Source: Leptogorgia sarmentosa (Eukaryota). From it: DNA of 64,000 bases. Position numbers and translations under genes: made by a program. Positions within the stretch are counted from its first letter, which is position 1, and the number at the start of each line of letters is the position of its first letter. Under the pieces are notes generated by a model, which worked only from the letters and a program-made list of their open reading frames with translations, ran no database searches and was not told the origin of the DNA. Shown here piece by piece: positions 12,031-23,839 of the stretch. The stretch is from assembly GCA_964658305.1 (NCBI GenBank), contig OZ210885.1:23002001-23066000 (forward strand), in the 5' to 3' direction.

Positions 12031-15000
12031 GATTTGGTTTGCAAACAGACAAATATGGCAATGTATGCTTTATGGTAAGTTGGCTTTCGTTTCGACCCAG
12101 CTTTGATAGTCCAGCATAGTCAACTGATACCATGTCGTTTGCAAATGAGGGATTGACCCTTTCAACTGGAAGCTGACCCATTAGTTGTGTCGACACCTTC
12201 GGAGACACCCGTCGACAAATAACGCATTCACGTGTGCACTTTCTAACAATTCTTCTGGTGCTGATGATGTGATATCGCTGTTGAAGTGATCCCAGTAGCA
12301 GTTTGGGTCCTGCATGGCACAATCGTTTGTGTTCGACGATCAAAGTAGTTAGTCGATGTTTTCCGGGAAGGATTAACGGATGACATGAATCAAAGTCCAT
12401 TGGTGATTGTGAGAGGCGTCCACCTACTCTGAGTAGACCATCTGAATCAAGAAATGGATTTAGAGGTTTTAAGTAATGCTTGTTGGGAAGTTGTTTTCCA
12501 TTCCTTAGCAGGGAGATGATTCCAGAAAACAGTTTAGATTGCACATTCTTCAAACACCATATTTCTGCCTTGTGCAACTCATCAACAGTGAGAGGCGTTG
12601 AAGTGAATAGGTGTGTCTTGGTAACTACACGACGGACGAACGCAATGACCCTTATCAAGCGAGCGAAGCTAGAGTATCGATTGATATCTATAACCGTTTC
12701 TGATGGAGTGTTTACTGTGTTCACAGCCATAGAGACTTCTTTATTGTTTCTTAATTTTTGATCTTCCTCTCGAATGCCTGTTCTCAAAATAGCTTCAAGA
12801 GAAGGGGGGATGACCAATTTGGATTCCCAGGTTGATGGCTCCGATTTTAGCCAAAGTGGTCCAGACCACCATAAGTGATGATTGATAATATCCTTAGGAA
12901 GAACGCCACGAGAACCGGCATCCGCAGGGTTTTCGGTTCTTTTGACATGTTTCCATCTTTCCGGTGGCAAGATTTCCTGTATTTCAGACACCCTGTTCGC
13001 TTTGAAAGTTTTTAGTCGCTGACTGGTTCCATATATCCAATACAACACAATGGTACTGTCCGTAAAAGCATAGATATCTTTGGTGGAAATTTCTAGGACA
13101 GCCTTCACATGTTTTGAGACGAGCTAGCAGATGGGCGCCACACAACTTGAGGCATGGGAGTGACGCTTTCTTTATAGGGGCGACTTTAGTTTTGGCTTCC
13201 ACGAGAGCTACACGTACGCCGCCGGCCGTGTCAACACTTCGTAAATAGATTACTGCAGAATATGCCTTTTCACTTGCATCTGAAAAACCAATCAACTGTC
13301 GGTTAACAATTTCGCACTCAACGGGAGCATAACAACGTGGAATTCTCAATGAAGAAAGTTCAGTGAGCTGCTTCCTCCATTCTTTCCAATCACGTTCAAT
13401 ATCTGCAGGAAGTGGACTGTCCCAACCAATTCCTTGTTCCCATAAGCGTTGAAAGATTATCTTTACTACGACGGTGGCACAAGACAACAATCCAAGAGGG
13501 TCAAAGATTTTGGCTGAGTCTGACAATATTGAACGTTTGGTGAGTTTGATTCCTTCAAAGGGAAAGTCGGCGATAGAGAGCCTGAATTGGTCTCGTCGTG
13601 AATTGTACTCGATTCCAAGAGTTTTGGTAAAGTTGCCAGAGTCTGGTATACTCGTTGTCGCCTTGACACTTCGGATTTCTTCAGGGATGGCGTTCAGAAC
13701 TTCAGGTGAATTTGAGTCCCATTTGTGCAATTTAAAGGCACCTTTCTGGAAGAGTTGTTGTAGTTGATGGTACAGGCGAATTGCTTCTTCTTGCGTCTTA
13801 ACTGAGGGGAGCCCATTGTCAACATAGAATGCTTCTTTTACTGCTTTGGCAGCTTGGGGAAGTGCTGTTTGATTCTCTTCAGCTAAGTGCAGAATAGACT
13901 TAGTGGCTAAAAATGGGGCACAGCTTATTCCAAAGGTGACTCGATTCATTCGATATTCTTGTATCTCTTCATCTGGATTATTCCTCCACAGGAACCGATG
14001 GAAATCACGATCATTTGGATCTAGGCCAACAGCTCAATACATCTTTGAGATGTCGGTAATAAGAACGTAGGGATGCTTTCTAAATCGAATAAGCACGTCA
14101 TTCAACGGGGAATGAACAGTCGGTCCCACAAACAGACGGTCGTTTAATGAGATACCACTTGAGGATTTCATCGATCCATCAAACACCACTCTGATGGGAG
14201 TTGTTGTTGAATCTTTGTGGACTGCGTGGTGAGGCAGATAAAACGTTTCGGAAGGAGGTTTGGTAAGCTCGTTGTTGGGGATCTTTTCCGCGTGTCCGGA
14301 CGATATGTACTCATTCACTACGGCAGCATAATCATCGTAGACCTTCAGGTTGTGAAGACGTCGTTCAATGGACAGGAATCGCCTTAATGCTTGAGTTCGT
14401 GATTCGCCAAGAGGTGTAACATCCGATTTAAATGGAAGTCTGACGATGAACCGGCCATCAGCATCACTCTTGTGATTGAGGTTGAAATCATCAACTACAA
14501 GTTTTTCAACTGGTGACATTGTTTGCCTTGTTTCCGGAGCTTCTTCTAGCATCCAAAACCTTTGGAGGATTTCCTCACAGGATGGTTGCGACGTTGAAAC
14601 AAACATTGTAGCAGCTTCTCTGGGTATACTTTGGTTGTTAACGGGATCTCGAGTTGTGCTACCAAAGAGAACCCACCCAAAGATAGTGTCTTGGGCAGCA
14701 GGAGTTCCCTTAGGTTCCAAGATTAAACCAGGTTTCAAGATCTCATGGTAAACATCTACCCCTAACAAAATGTCAATTGGCTTTGAAATGTTAACGTTTG
14801 GATCTGCGAAGGATAATGATTCTAGATGTGGCCAGTTTCCCTTGGAGATGGACTGCAGTGGAAGACACTTTGTTAACGAGGGTAGAACAATGGCATTTAG
14901 TTCCTTGACTGAGGTTGCATCATGGGCTGATTTTACCTTGACTTCGACTACTTTGTTGTGCGTGTTCACACATTGTGTTTCTCCGATTCCATTGATGCAA

Positions 15001-17033
15001 ATCGCTTGCTTCTGTTTTGGTAGTTGGAGTTGATTGGCCAGCCTGTCAATGATGAATGAGGCGGTTGAAGCAGGATCTAATAACACTCTTGCAACAGCTT
15101 GGTGGCCTCGAGGTCCACATACAACCACTTCAGCTGTCATCATTAAGGCAGCATTTGATGCTGACGAACTTTGGGTGGAAAGATTGACTTGATCTTGGCT
15201 TGGCTCTGTAGTGGGTTTGGGTGGAGATGTTGAACTGGTGGTGGCAGGTTGGGTATTAGGATGTGGTGGATTTTGCAATGGACTCTTGAAGGGTGGTGGA
15301 GGTGGACCTGGGTTTTCCATGTCAAGATGTGGTGTTTCTTGCCACATTTCTGACAACAATATTGAGATGGACACTGTTTGACTGTATGTCCACCCTTTAA
15401 ACAGTTGAAACAGAGATTCTGGGCAAGTACAAAGCTCCGTTTCTCTTGAACAGATTTCTGCTTGAATATTTGACAATACGCAGCTCCGTGTTTCAGCTTG
15501 TTGCATGCAAAACATTTCCCACTGGTGTTTGTAACATGTGATACCACTTATGATGGACTCCTATAGCTCTTGCCTTTGTCGTTGAATTGTGGTGGTTTTT
15601 TCGGAGTCTCTGTTGCCTTTGCTCGCATGTCCAGGAACTCCAAGAACCTTTCGTAGTCAGGAACATCAGTTTCACTTTGAGTGAACTTCTGATATTCAAC
15701 CATGGTATTTGAGTCAACCTTTGTCTCTCCAAGAGCTGTGATAAACTGTCCAAAGTTTAATTTCTTTAAAGCCTCAAGAGACCTGAGATGATGTTAGTGT
15801 GTCATGTAGATTTCTTAGCTCTGAAGAAGATCCATCTTTAAGATATTTTGCTTTGAGCAGAGCTCGTACATGTGCACGATGAATGCCTTCTGGTCTGTCA
15901 AATCGAGCTTTCAGCGCTTCGATTGCTTCAGGATATGCTTCGGCAGTGGCATCAATACCCTCTACAGCATCTCTAGCCTTTTGAGTGGTGAGAGACTTCA
16001 GGAGGTATTGCATCCGTAATTGATCTGTGAGTTTAGTGGAATTGTGGATGGTAGCTTCAAATAGTTGCCAATATGATTTCCACTTTGTTGGTTCTCCATC
16101 AAAGGTTGGGATATTCAACTCAGGAAGTTTGATAGTTTTTTGTCGTTCAGAACAGGAGTTTGAGAAATGTTCAATAAGTTTGTTGATTTCATCTCGGTGT
16201 CGTTCATTTCTAACTTCCATTTCAGCTTCATGTCGCTTTCGTTCTTCTTCTTGTTGTATTATTAGTTCTTCACATTCCTTTTCTTGCTGACGTTGTTCAA
16301 GGATTAGGGAAGCTACTGTTTCTTGATTTGACTTCAATTTGCTATACATCTCTGAACAGATCTCCATCCAGTTACTGTCACCATCATCAATTTGTATGCC
16401 GTCAGGTTCATCAATTGAACTCTCGGTTTCACTTATCAATTGATCTAGGGATTTGATGAGTTCTGAAAGCCCAGCTTTATGTTCATCTAAATCTTCCTTG
16501 TGCAAGGCTTCTTTGTTTTGGGAAGCTGTTTCCACTTTAATAATTATATCTTTCACTTCCTGATCAAACCGCTTCCACTTACGCTCTATCAACTTCCGTT
16601 TCTTGACATCAATATCTTCATGTACATTTGGACTAGGATTTATACTTGTAGTATTTGGTTTAGAGCTTATAAAATACACGAGTTTGCTACAGTTTTCTCT
16701 CACTCGATCATCATGTATGTCCAATTCTTCGTTATCTTTTTCTTCTAATTCAGCATTTTCGAGACTAAGGGTTAGTTCACTAGCCCTTTCATGAATGCCT
16801 TGAAATTGCTGGTTTAGGCTGTGAATGTCGGCAAGAAATTGCTTAGCACATACCACATCATAGTCCTCGACTTCTTCTTTGTTTAGGAGCGAAGTTATCT
16901 TTTTTTCCAAGTTGGTAATTCGTCTTTTGATAAGACTACGTTTATGGAGCAGCGTTGCTCGCTCTTCTTGTACAGGCATATTTGTAAAGCGTGTCTAATC
17001 GATAGACGACGAAATACCCACTGATTCAACGTG

Positions 17034-17052
17034 AATCCGGCTCAAAGGACCA
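17034..17052 (-). promoter_or_regulatory. Primer-binding site complementary to tRNA-Tyr 3' end
   Basis: Minus strand TGGTCCTTTGAGCCGGATT has one mismatch to TGGTCCTTCGAGCCGGA, the complement of the eukaryotic tRNA-Tyr 3' end. It lies between the LTR and the gag ATG. Confidence 0.85.
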
Positions 17053-17225
17053 ATAAATAGATACGCCAACGGTACAAGAAGAGTTTATTTTGGTTTGATA
17101 AAATATATTTTGTAAGTTTACCAAGTTTTTTTTAAGCTCAGGCATGCATTCGAGCACGAGTTAAAACATGTACATATGCAACATACACTATACAATCCCT
17201 AAATGAAGTTCCGCGCGTGTCCACA
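17053..17225 (-). repeat. 5' LTR of the truncated BEL/Pao element
   Basis: Begins TGTGGACAC on the minus strand exactly where the Ulp1-like reading stops resembling a protease. Contains AATAAA and abuts the PBS. No second copy in the window. Confidence 0.65.
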
Positions 17226-17854
17226 ACCTGCTTTTGCATATCAGCCCATTGAATGGTGACATGCTTGGATGTTGGCATTAGCATATATGCTATTTGCCTC
17301 AAAAAGTTTGCCCTTGATGATGGATTGACATCACTGTACAATGAATCATATACAGTGATGGTGTGTTTAGGGCAGCCAATATTACTGACTGTTATCCAAT
17401 GATTCCCTGCAATATTCAAAATTTGGACAAATTCATTCGTGGGTGTGCCCACATACTGGCAACCCTCGGAAATAAACACCCACACAGCTTGAAGGCCTCG
17501 AATATATGGGAAATGCTGAGCAAGAATAGCTTGAGCATTATCGACATGTTCATCTGTCAGCCACTCTCCATTCTTAATTGGTTGCACTTTACAGCCATCT
17601 GAAAACGTTGCTGGTTTGACAGGGAGTGGTCCATTCTTTCTTTTCTTCGGTCGTTTCTGGCAAGTGACTATAACATCGTGCTCCAATGCAGTAGATGGAG
17701 CCGAGTTTTGTCCCATTGAAGGTGGTGGCTTTGTTGGCTGGTGGTGGTTCAATTCAGGTTTGGTTTCTGGTTGCTTTTTCTGGTTTTCAGATAAATGGTC
17801 AACTGCAGGGGTTGTGCCACGTAGGTGGTGCCATTTAGGATTTGCGTTAGCCAA
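17226..17854 (-). pseudogene. Ulp1/SENP-like cysteine protease, N-terminal part (interrupted)
   Basis: GEWLTDEHVDNAQ...QILNIAGNHWITVSN...VYDSL...MQKQ gives the His, Asp and oxyanion Gln of the C48/Ulp1 fold. The sequence switches to LTR just before the expected DCG catalytic Cys. Confidence 0.8.
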
Positions 17855-18458
17855 TAATATGTGCTTTAGCTGTGCTGTTATGATGTAATTTGGTCAAAAC
17901 AAACTCGCATTTGAACGATGACTCATCGCTAAAATAACTTATAAAAAATGATCCTGTATCAACAGTTATAGCTGAAAAGATATTCAAATAGAATGTCCAC
18001 ATTTCTGATTGATATCCCTTTTTATTTTGCACAATACGCAACGAAAAGCAACACTTAGATATTAAATTGCGAGTGACTGTCAGATAGCTCTTGACGATTC
18101 ACTGAAAGATCTAATATGCTAAATTGAGTCAACAGACGTGCTTGGCAGATGTCATTTTGTGCGGACATATTATTGATACATACATAAAACATACCCTTAC
18201 CTTTATTCAATGCAATGTGCAGATGGCTACAGATGACGCTAGTGTTCCAAATTTGTAGAAATTGTAGCAGAGAGATCAGTCAGATCACACACGTCTTTCC
18301 AAGAAAGCTGTCGCAAATGTTTTGAACTTTTGACCGAGTCAGCGCTTATATATAAGCGCCCTGGGCGCAATTAATGGTGGGTATGTTTACCGCAGACACC
18401 ACAGCGGGCGCATTTGATCAGTGCAGTCGCTGCGCATGTCGAGTGTCTGAGGCATACA

Positions 18459-18961
18459 ATGTCAATACAACATGAGTATGACAATTTCAGCATAACAATG
18501 TCGATACAACATGAGTATGACAATTTCGGCACAACAATGTCGATACAACATGAGTGACAATTTCAGGACAACTATGTCGATACAACACGAGTATGACAAT
18601 CTCAGCACAACTATGTCGATACAACATGAGTATGACAATCTCAGCACAACTATGTCAATACAACATTAGTATGACAATCTCAGCACAACTATGTCAATAC
18701 AACATGAGCATGACAATCTCAGCACAACAATATCAATACAACATGAGTATGACAATCTCAGCACAACTATGTCGATACCACATGAGTATGACAATCTCAG
18801 CACAACTATGTCAATACAACATGAGTATGACAATTTCAGCACAACAATGTCAATACAACATGAGTATGACAATCTCAGCACAACAATGTTGATACAACAT
18901 GAGTATGACAATCTCAGCACAACAATGTTGATACAACATGAGTATGACAATCTCAGCACAA
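18459..18961 (+). repeat. Minisatellite, ~13 copies of a 39-bp unit (TCAATACAACATGAGTATGACAATCTCAGCACAACWATG)
   Basis: Directly visible head-to-tail repeats with no spacers. They explain the repetitive ORFs at 18462-19019. Confidence 0.97.
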
Positions 18962-19168
18962 ATGCTTTGAATAAAATCTGACAATATTGCTTATTAATAC
19001 ATGACATTTCATTTCTCATTAAAGTTCTTACAGAGTTATTTTTTGTTTATATTTTCCCAGGAGGTTTGGCAACCTCTGTGGAACCAATCTTTGTATCTTT
19101 CACACTCAATCATAAACATGTCTTTTGGTGCATGATTATCTACAGTGTCAGCACTTTCCCAGTGTCAT

Positions 19169-21345
19169 TAGCCTGTGCTTTTATTTTTTCGAGTGTTGCA
19201 GGGGTGGGTTAAACGCGTGGCGAGAAAAAAAACGTGCGGGAAAAATAAGGCGCCTGCAACCATCCTTAACAAAAATCAATTCCCCGTTCAGATTCTGAAT
19301 GGAAAATACTGATTGGACAAAATCTCGCTGAAGACGTTTCACTTACGGAAAAATTTGTGGCATTTTAATTAAGCGAAATAAACATGGCGATGATAGGAGT
19401 GTGTTTATTGAACGAAGCTCTGGATCGAATTTTTCAAGTAACTGGTAAAACGTTAACCTTGAAAAACGAGCAGAAAGAAGCAGTTAATAGTCTTCTTTCC
19501 GGAAGGGATGTTCTTGCGATCATGCCAACAGGCTTTGGAAAGAGTTTAATTTTTCAACTATTTGCAATGGCAAAGTCAATTGAAGCAAAACGACACGGCA
19601 CAAGGCCAGGTACTTTTCTTGTGATTTGTCCCTCGGATAGTATCGTAAAAGATCAGCTAACAGAAGCTGAGTCGTATGGGCTTAAAGCCGTTTCCCTCAC
19701 AAGTTCGGATATGTTGGAACAAATGAATGATGTCCCTGATGTTGTATTCGCCTCTGCTGAAGCAGTGAGTCAAAGTACATTTAGGGAGTCGCTGAAGAAG
19801 ACACGAAATGTACACGCTATAGTCGTAGACGAGTCACATACCGTGGAAACGTGGACAGGAAAAAGGTAAGAATATTTCAGTCAGTATATAAAATCAGCTA
19901 TTGACGATGTGTCGATGTATTTAAAATCTCTGTAATTGTAAAAAAATAGTTCATATTATTGTTTCTTATGTGAGGTATTTTCTTGCAGAAACAAGAAAGA
20001 CAAGGCATTTAGAAGTGCTTATGGGGAGTTGTCAATTCTACGGTTCTTTTGTAAACAGGGTTAGTACTGTCTGTTTGATGGCACCAGTAACATGGTTTCA
20101 CGCATTCACATGGTCCTGCTTTATTCTTTTATAGCTTATACTCTCGTAATGCTACATTCTTTTACTGTTTAATGCAATATTCTTTTGCTCTTCCATAGAA
20201 GTGCAATACAAAATACACTTACAGTAGATTTTCACTCTCTGTTGCCATATGACATTTATTTCAAGGGGAACATTTAGTCTTAGTGGGTTAATAATAGTAC
20301 AGTGAACGTTTATCATCCTTTTCAAGCAAACTTAAGCAAACCTTTATTTGAGGCTAGATTATAAACTACAGGTTGTTTATTTACATTAAACATATTTTGT
20401 GTAGAAACACCTTTCCTAGCACTGACTGGCACTGCTGACAAGAAAACCCAGGCTACAATTATCAGTCTGTTCTCACTACGGGATCCGCTGAAGATTGTTA
20501 TCAGTCCTGAAAGGAAGAATTTGCTCATATTTGTGACAAAGTGCAAAAAGAAAAATATATTTGAAAAACTTGATTGGTTGGTTGCCTTAGCAGTGGAAAA
20601 TGGGGTGGATATGCCAAAAACAATATTTTGCAATATGATGAATGAAATTGCTTCAGTCTGCAACTACCTGCTTCTCAAAATGGGCAAAAATGCATACCTT
20701 GAAAAAGCAGATGGTTCAAGGTTCTGCATTGTTGGTATATACCATTCAATGACTTGGGCTGCCACTAAGCAAGATCTTCTTGCATCATTTAAAGGTTGAG
20801 GTGACAGCACTAAAAGAATTATAATAGCTTCAACAGCTCTGAGCATGGGAGTTAATTTTCCTGATGTGCGCCATGTAATAAACTGGGGCCCACCAAAAAC
20901 ACTCATAGACTATCATCAAGAGGCAGGAAGAGCAGGTCGAGATGGAGAGCAGGCTCATAGCATAATAATATACCATGGCAATCAGACTGCTCACTGTGAG
21001 GATGATGTGAAACAATTTGTACGTACAGAAGGATGCTATCATGTGGCAAGTTTAAAGCCATTTGTTTCAAATGTTGTTCCAGTAGAACCACGTCATGATT
21101 GTTGCAACAATTGTTGCATTAATTGCAAGTGCTGTGATAGCTGCATTAAGTCAAACTTTCCTTTTGAAAAGGATGTCACACCAGATCAGGAAGAACCACT
21201 GAGGAAGAGAGATATTAGTGACCAACAGAGTCAAGACTGTGTGATGGCCTAATGGAACTTAAGGACAAGTTTGAGCACCATTGTTCTCTGGAAGCACATG
21301 GCTTTTCTAATGAACTTGTTCAAGAATTAGTCGGCAATTGTTGCA
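19169..21345 (+). mobile_element. AcademH-like DNA transposon remnant (one end plus helicase gene)
   Basis: A TAGCCTG terminus at 19169 with a degenerate GC-rich hairpin region is followed ~215 bp later by a minimal RecQ-type helicase gene. AcademH elements are known to start with YAG and encode a RecQ-like SF2 helicase. The transposase and the other end were not found. Confidence 0.5.
19384..21345 (+). pseudogene. RecQ-like SF2 DNA helicase, 3 exons (19384-19865, 19989-20059, 20405-~21345), premature stop and frameshift
   Basis: MPTGFGKS (I), VVDESH (II), FRSAY aromatic loop, LALTGTA (III), ASTALSMGVNFPDVR (V), QEAGRAGRDG (VI), and a Zn-binding C..CCNNC. Both GT-AG introns keep frame. In-frame TGA at 20797-20799. 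Confidence 0.9.
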
Positions 21346-21808
21346 TAGTGCCGGATTATTGGGGGGGCAATGGTGGCATTTGCCCCCGGCCCCAGCTCAA
21401 AAGCTTGTTTACCGGCCCAAGAAAAACAATGTATAAAAAATTTTAGTTACTGTGGGTTTCGAAAAAACATAAATTTTGATTAAAAATTGGTCAATTGAAA
21501 GCCAGGAAGTTCTAGAGTCCTAAATTACTCAATAATTATCTGCGTCTATAGACAACGATAAGATAGCAAACTTCAACCTACTTAGCATCATAGGCGTACG
21601 AGGCGGGCGGCCCCAAAAAAATTCAAATTGGAAAATTCGGGCAACATGAGGAATAGGTTGAAGGAATAAGGTACATCCGTTTTGAGGAAAAACTACAGTT
21701 CAAGAAAAACTACAGTAAACGCACAAACATGAACCATTTAATTGCTATTACATTACATAAAAATGTAAAAAAATGCTAAAAGTTGCAAACAAAATTTATA
21801 AAGGAACA

Positions 21809-23839
21809 TCAACTGTCATAGGCATTTTTGTTCTCGTGGGAAAAAGAGCTAAAGTCAGTGAAGTGAAACTCCAAATTGTCGTCTTTTATGACAAGTTTAC
21901 TATCAAGTTTACCAGATGAGAGATCTAAGCAGGATTTGAAAGGGTGATAATACACCATCTCTGGCTTGCTTGAAATCCTCTTCTTTGTCTCACCAGGCCG
22001 ATTGTAGATTCTCGTCTCAGCATGACGTATGAACAAATCATACGGAGGGGAAGGAGGTGGAGACGATGGTTTGTCGTGTACCTGTCCCTTGCAACCATAG
22101 CACGTCGTAGCCGCTGTACTGCTTACGAAGATGACTTCGTGTGGGTTATTCCCATCATTAGCTCTTGGTACACTTGCGTTCACACGCTCTCCATAAGCAG
22201 AGACATCTCGAGGATCATTTTCCGCTCGTTTTCGCTTTCTCACTTTCTCGTTGTCTTTCTTCCCAGTTCGCGCAGGGATCCCCATTTGCACCATTTGACT
22301 AAGAGGGACTTCATAGGCTGTTACAAAATCGTCTAACTTGCCAGATGTATACGCAACGGCGATGGTATGTGCACATATGGAACATTCTTTGAAACGGGGA
22401 CAATTGGGGTCGCAAACGAACTTCTTGCCATCACCTCGTATTTCAACTGTGTGCACCGTTGGAGATGTGAGGGAAATGACAGTTCTCCTTTTGATGTTGT
22501 TTGGAAAAGCACCGACACTGCCTTGTTCCACAATTTTACATGCGTTGTTCCATGAACCTCTCAGGAACTCTGGTAGATTTGATGCGCAGACATTGTTAAT
22601 CATTTCACGAGAATCGGTAGTTACGATTGTCGAGGTTTCGACGTCTGATTCATCTGGGCATTTCGAATCACTAGCCATTTCATTGACTCTTTTGCACGAT
22701 GAATCCACTTTAGCAAGATGTGTCAGCTTCTGCTTTCCCCCCATTTTTGACCATTTCAACAAACTTACTTCCAAGTGCTTAAATTGCTCGGACAGTACGT
22801 AAGGACCCTTTTTTAAAAGAGCTCTTTGCTTATCTCGGTTAACGGCCTCCACCATCTCCTTGTAATGCGTTATCCCATCAACCCATGTACACTTCAAGCT
22901 TGGACGATATCCTGTAGCATCGAGCATCTTTGATTCCTTTATCTTGCTCTTGTACTTAAAATTAGAGCACTCCTGGGCATTATTGTACCAAAATTCGTCG
23001 TGCAGTCCGGCACTTCTTCTAACAGGGAGAATCATCCTGTGCTTCATGTCTTCTTCGATATTTTTTCTGAAGTAGGCGGCAAATTCTGGTTCTCTTCCAG
23101 GGCACTTACTTTTCTCCAGAGCATCCCATTTATCTGTAACACTGATGACCTTGGCGAGGAATTCCTCATCACTAGTGCTGTCAACAATGCCCTTTTCCTT
23201 GTTCTTCTCATTCCCAAATATATCTTTCATGACTTCATTCTTTATTTCACTCAGACCAAGACTCGTTAGCTTTCGCGAAATGTCGTCTTCGACATGCTTC
23301 TTGCAAGGCAGGAACGTACAGTGCTTCGGTGGTTTGATAAAGCCTTGTTGAGCTTTATCTCGGTCTCCGCCCACAAACGAAACGTCTTCCAACCGCTCGT
23401 CTATTTCTAGCAACGTATGACAGAAATATTTGAAATCTTTCTGACCCTTGTTTACATGAAACATGGCAGGTCCGGGAAGGGTTGCACGCTTTCCAGTCCT
23501 TGTATGAACAAACTTGCTACTCTGGTACGTGGTTGACGTCACGTAAAAGTCACTGACGTTATAGGTTGTGTCGATAGACAGGATACTTGGTGAATTACGC
23601 GAGCAGCATTCTTCAGCGATTTCTGCTAGTTGCTCGTCTGTCGCAAAAACCACTCTCGGGGATGGCGTCCACTGGAGATTCCGAACATCTGAGTCTTGTT
23701 TGGACAGATCTAAAAAGCTCGCAAACTGGTTTTTTTCTTTCTTCTCGTTTACATGTTGACGAGCGTTTTTTACTTGTTTGATATCTCTAGGCATGTCTGC
23801 CATGACATCGCAATGCAAAATACCACCAGTAGACTCCAT
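21809..23839 (-). CDS. Mutator-like (MULE) DDE transposase with SWIM finger and C-terminal Zn finger; N-terminal exons degenerate (23847-24552)
   Basis: LSIDTTYN (D), GPAMFH, VGGDRDKAQ (D), CKKH (CxxH), NNAQECSN (E), SWIM-like CDPNC...CAH, C-terminal CYGC...YYHPFKSC. The 3' end appears truncated near 21850. Confidence 0.8.
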   Translation of the reverse strand: MESTGGILHCDVMADMPRDIKQVKNARQHVNEKKEKNQFASFLDLSKQDSDVRNLQWTPSPRVVFATDEQLAEIAEECCSRNSPSILSIDTTYNVSDFYVTSTTYQSSKFVHTRTGKRATLPGPAMFHVNKGQKDFKYFCHTLLEIDERLEDVSFVGGDRDKAQQGFIKPPKHCTFLPCKKHVEDDISRKLTSLGLSEIKNEVMKDIFGNEKNKEKGIVDSTSDEEFLAKVISVTDKWDALEKSKCPGREPEFAAYFRKNIEEDMKHRMILPVRRSAGLHDEFWYNNAQECSNFKYKSKIKESKMLDATGYRPSLKCTWVDGITHYKEMVEAVNRDKQRALLKKGPYVLSEQFKHLEVSLLKWSKMGGKQKLTHLAKVDSSCKRVNEMASDSKCPDESDVETSTIVTTDSREMINNVCASNLPEFLRGSWNNACKIVEQGSVGAFPNNIKRRTVISLTSPTVHTVEIRGDGKKFVCDPNCPRFKECSICAHTIAVAYTSGKLDDFVTAYEVPLSQMVQMGIPARTGKKDNEKVRKRKRAENDPRDVSAYGERVNASVPRANDGNNPHEVIFVSSTAATTCYGCKGQVHDKPSSPPPSPPYDLFIRHAETRIYNRPGETKKRISSKPEMVYYHPFKSCLDLSSGKLDSKLVIKDDNLEFHFTDFSSFSHENKNAYDS

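Larger units (their letters stand above)
12031..17225 (-). mobile_element. BEL/Pao LTR retrotransposon, degenerate, 3'-truncated (integrase core and 3' LTR missing)
   Basis: Gag 16979-15774 ([24 protein letters not shown]); three Zn knuckles 15547-15330; protease VLLDPASTASFI; RT YLPHHAV/RVVFDGS/DISKMY/FYVDN; RNase H GFSDASEKAY, FTDS, NPADAGSRG; integrase HHCC and VDYAG, ending at FVCLQTKS. Multiple frameshifts. Confidence 0.93.

Noticed and set aside
18459..18961. CRISPR-like regular repeats and repetitive ORFs
   Set aside because: Units are contiguous with no unique spacers, there are no cas genes, and the context is eukaryotic. The ORFs are by-products of a 39-bp (multiple of 3) period.
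21344..21650. GC-rich CATAG/CAGGG-starting segments resembling hAT MITE ends (also ~25860-25890)
   Set aside because: No matching pair of TIRs or 8-bp TSD could be established.
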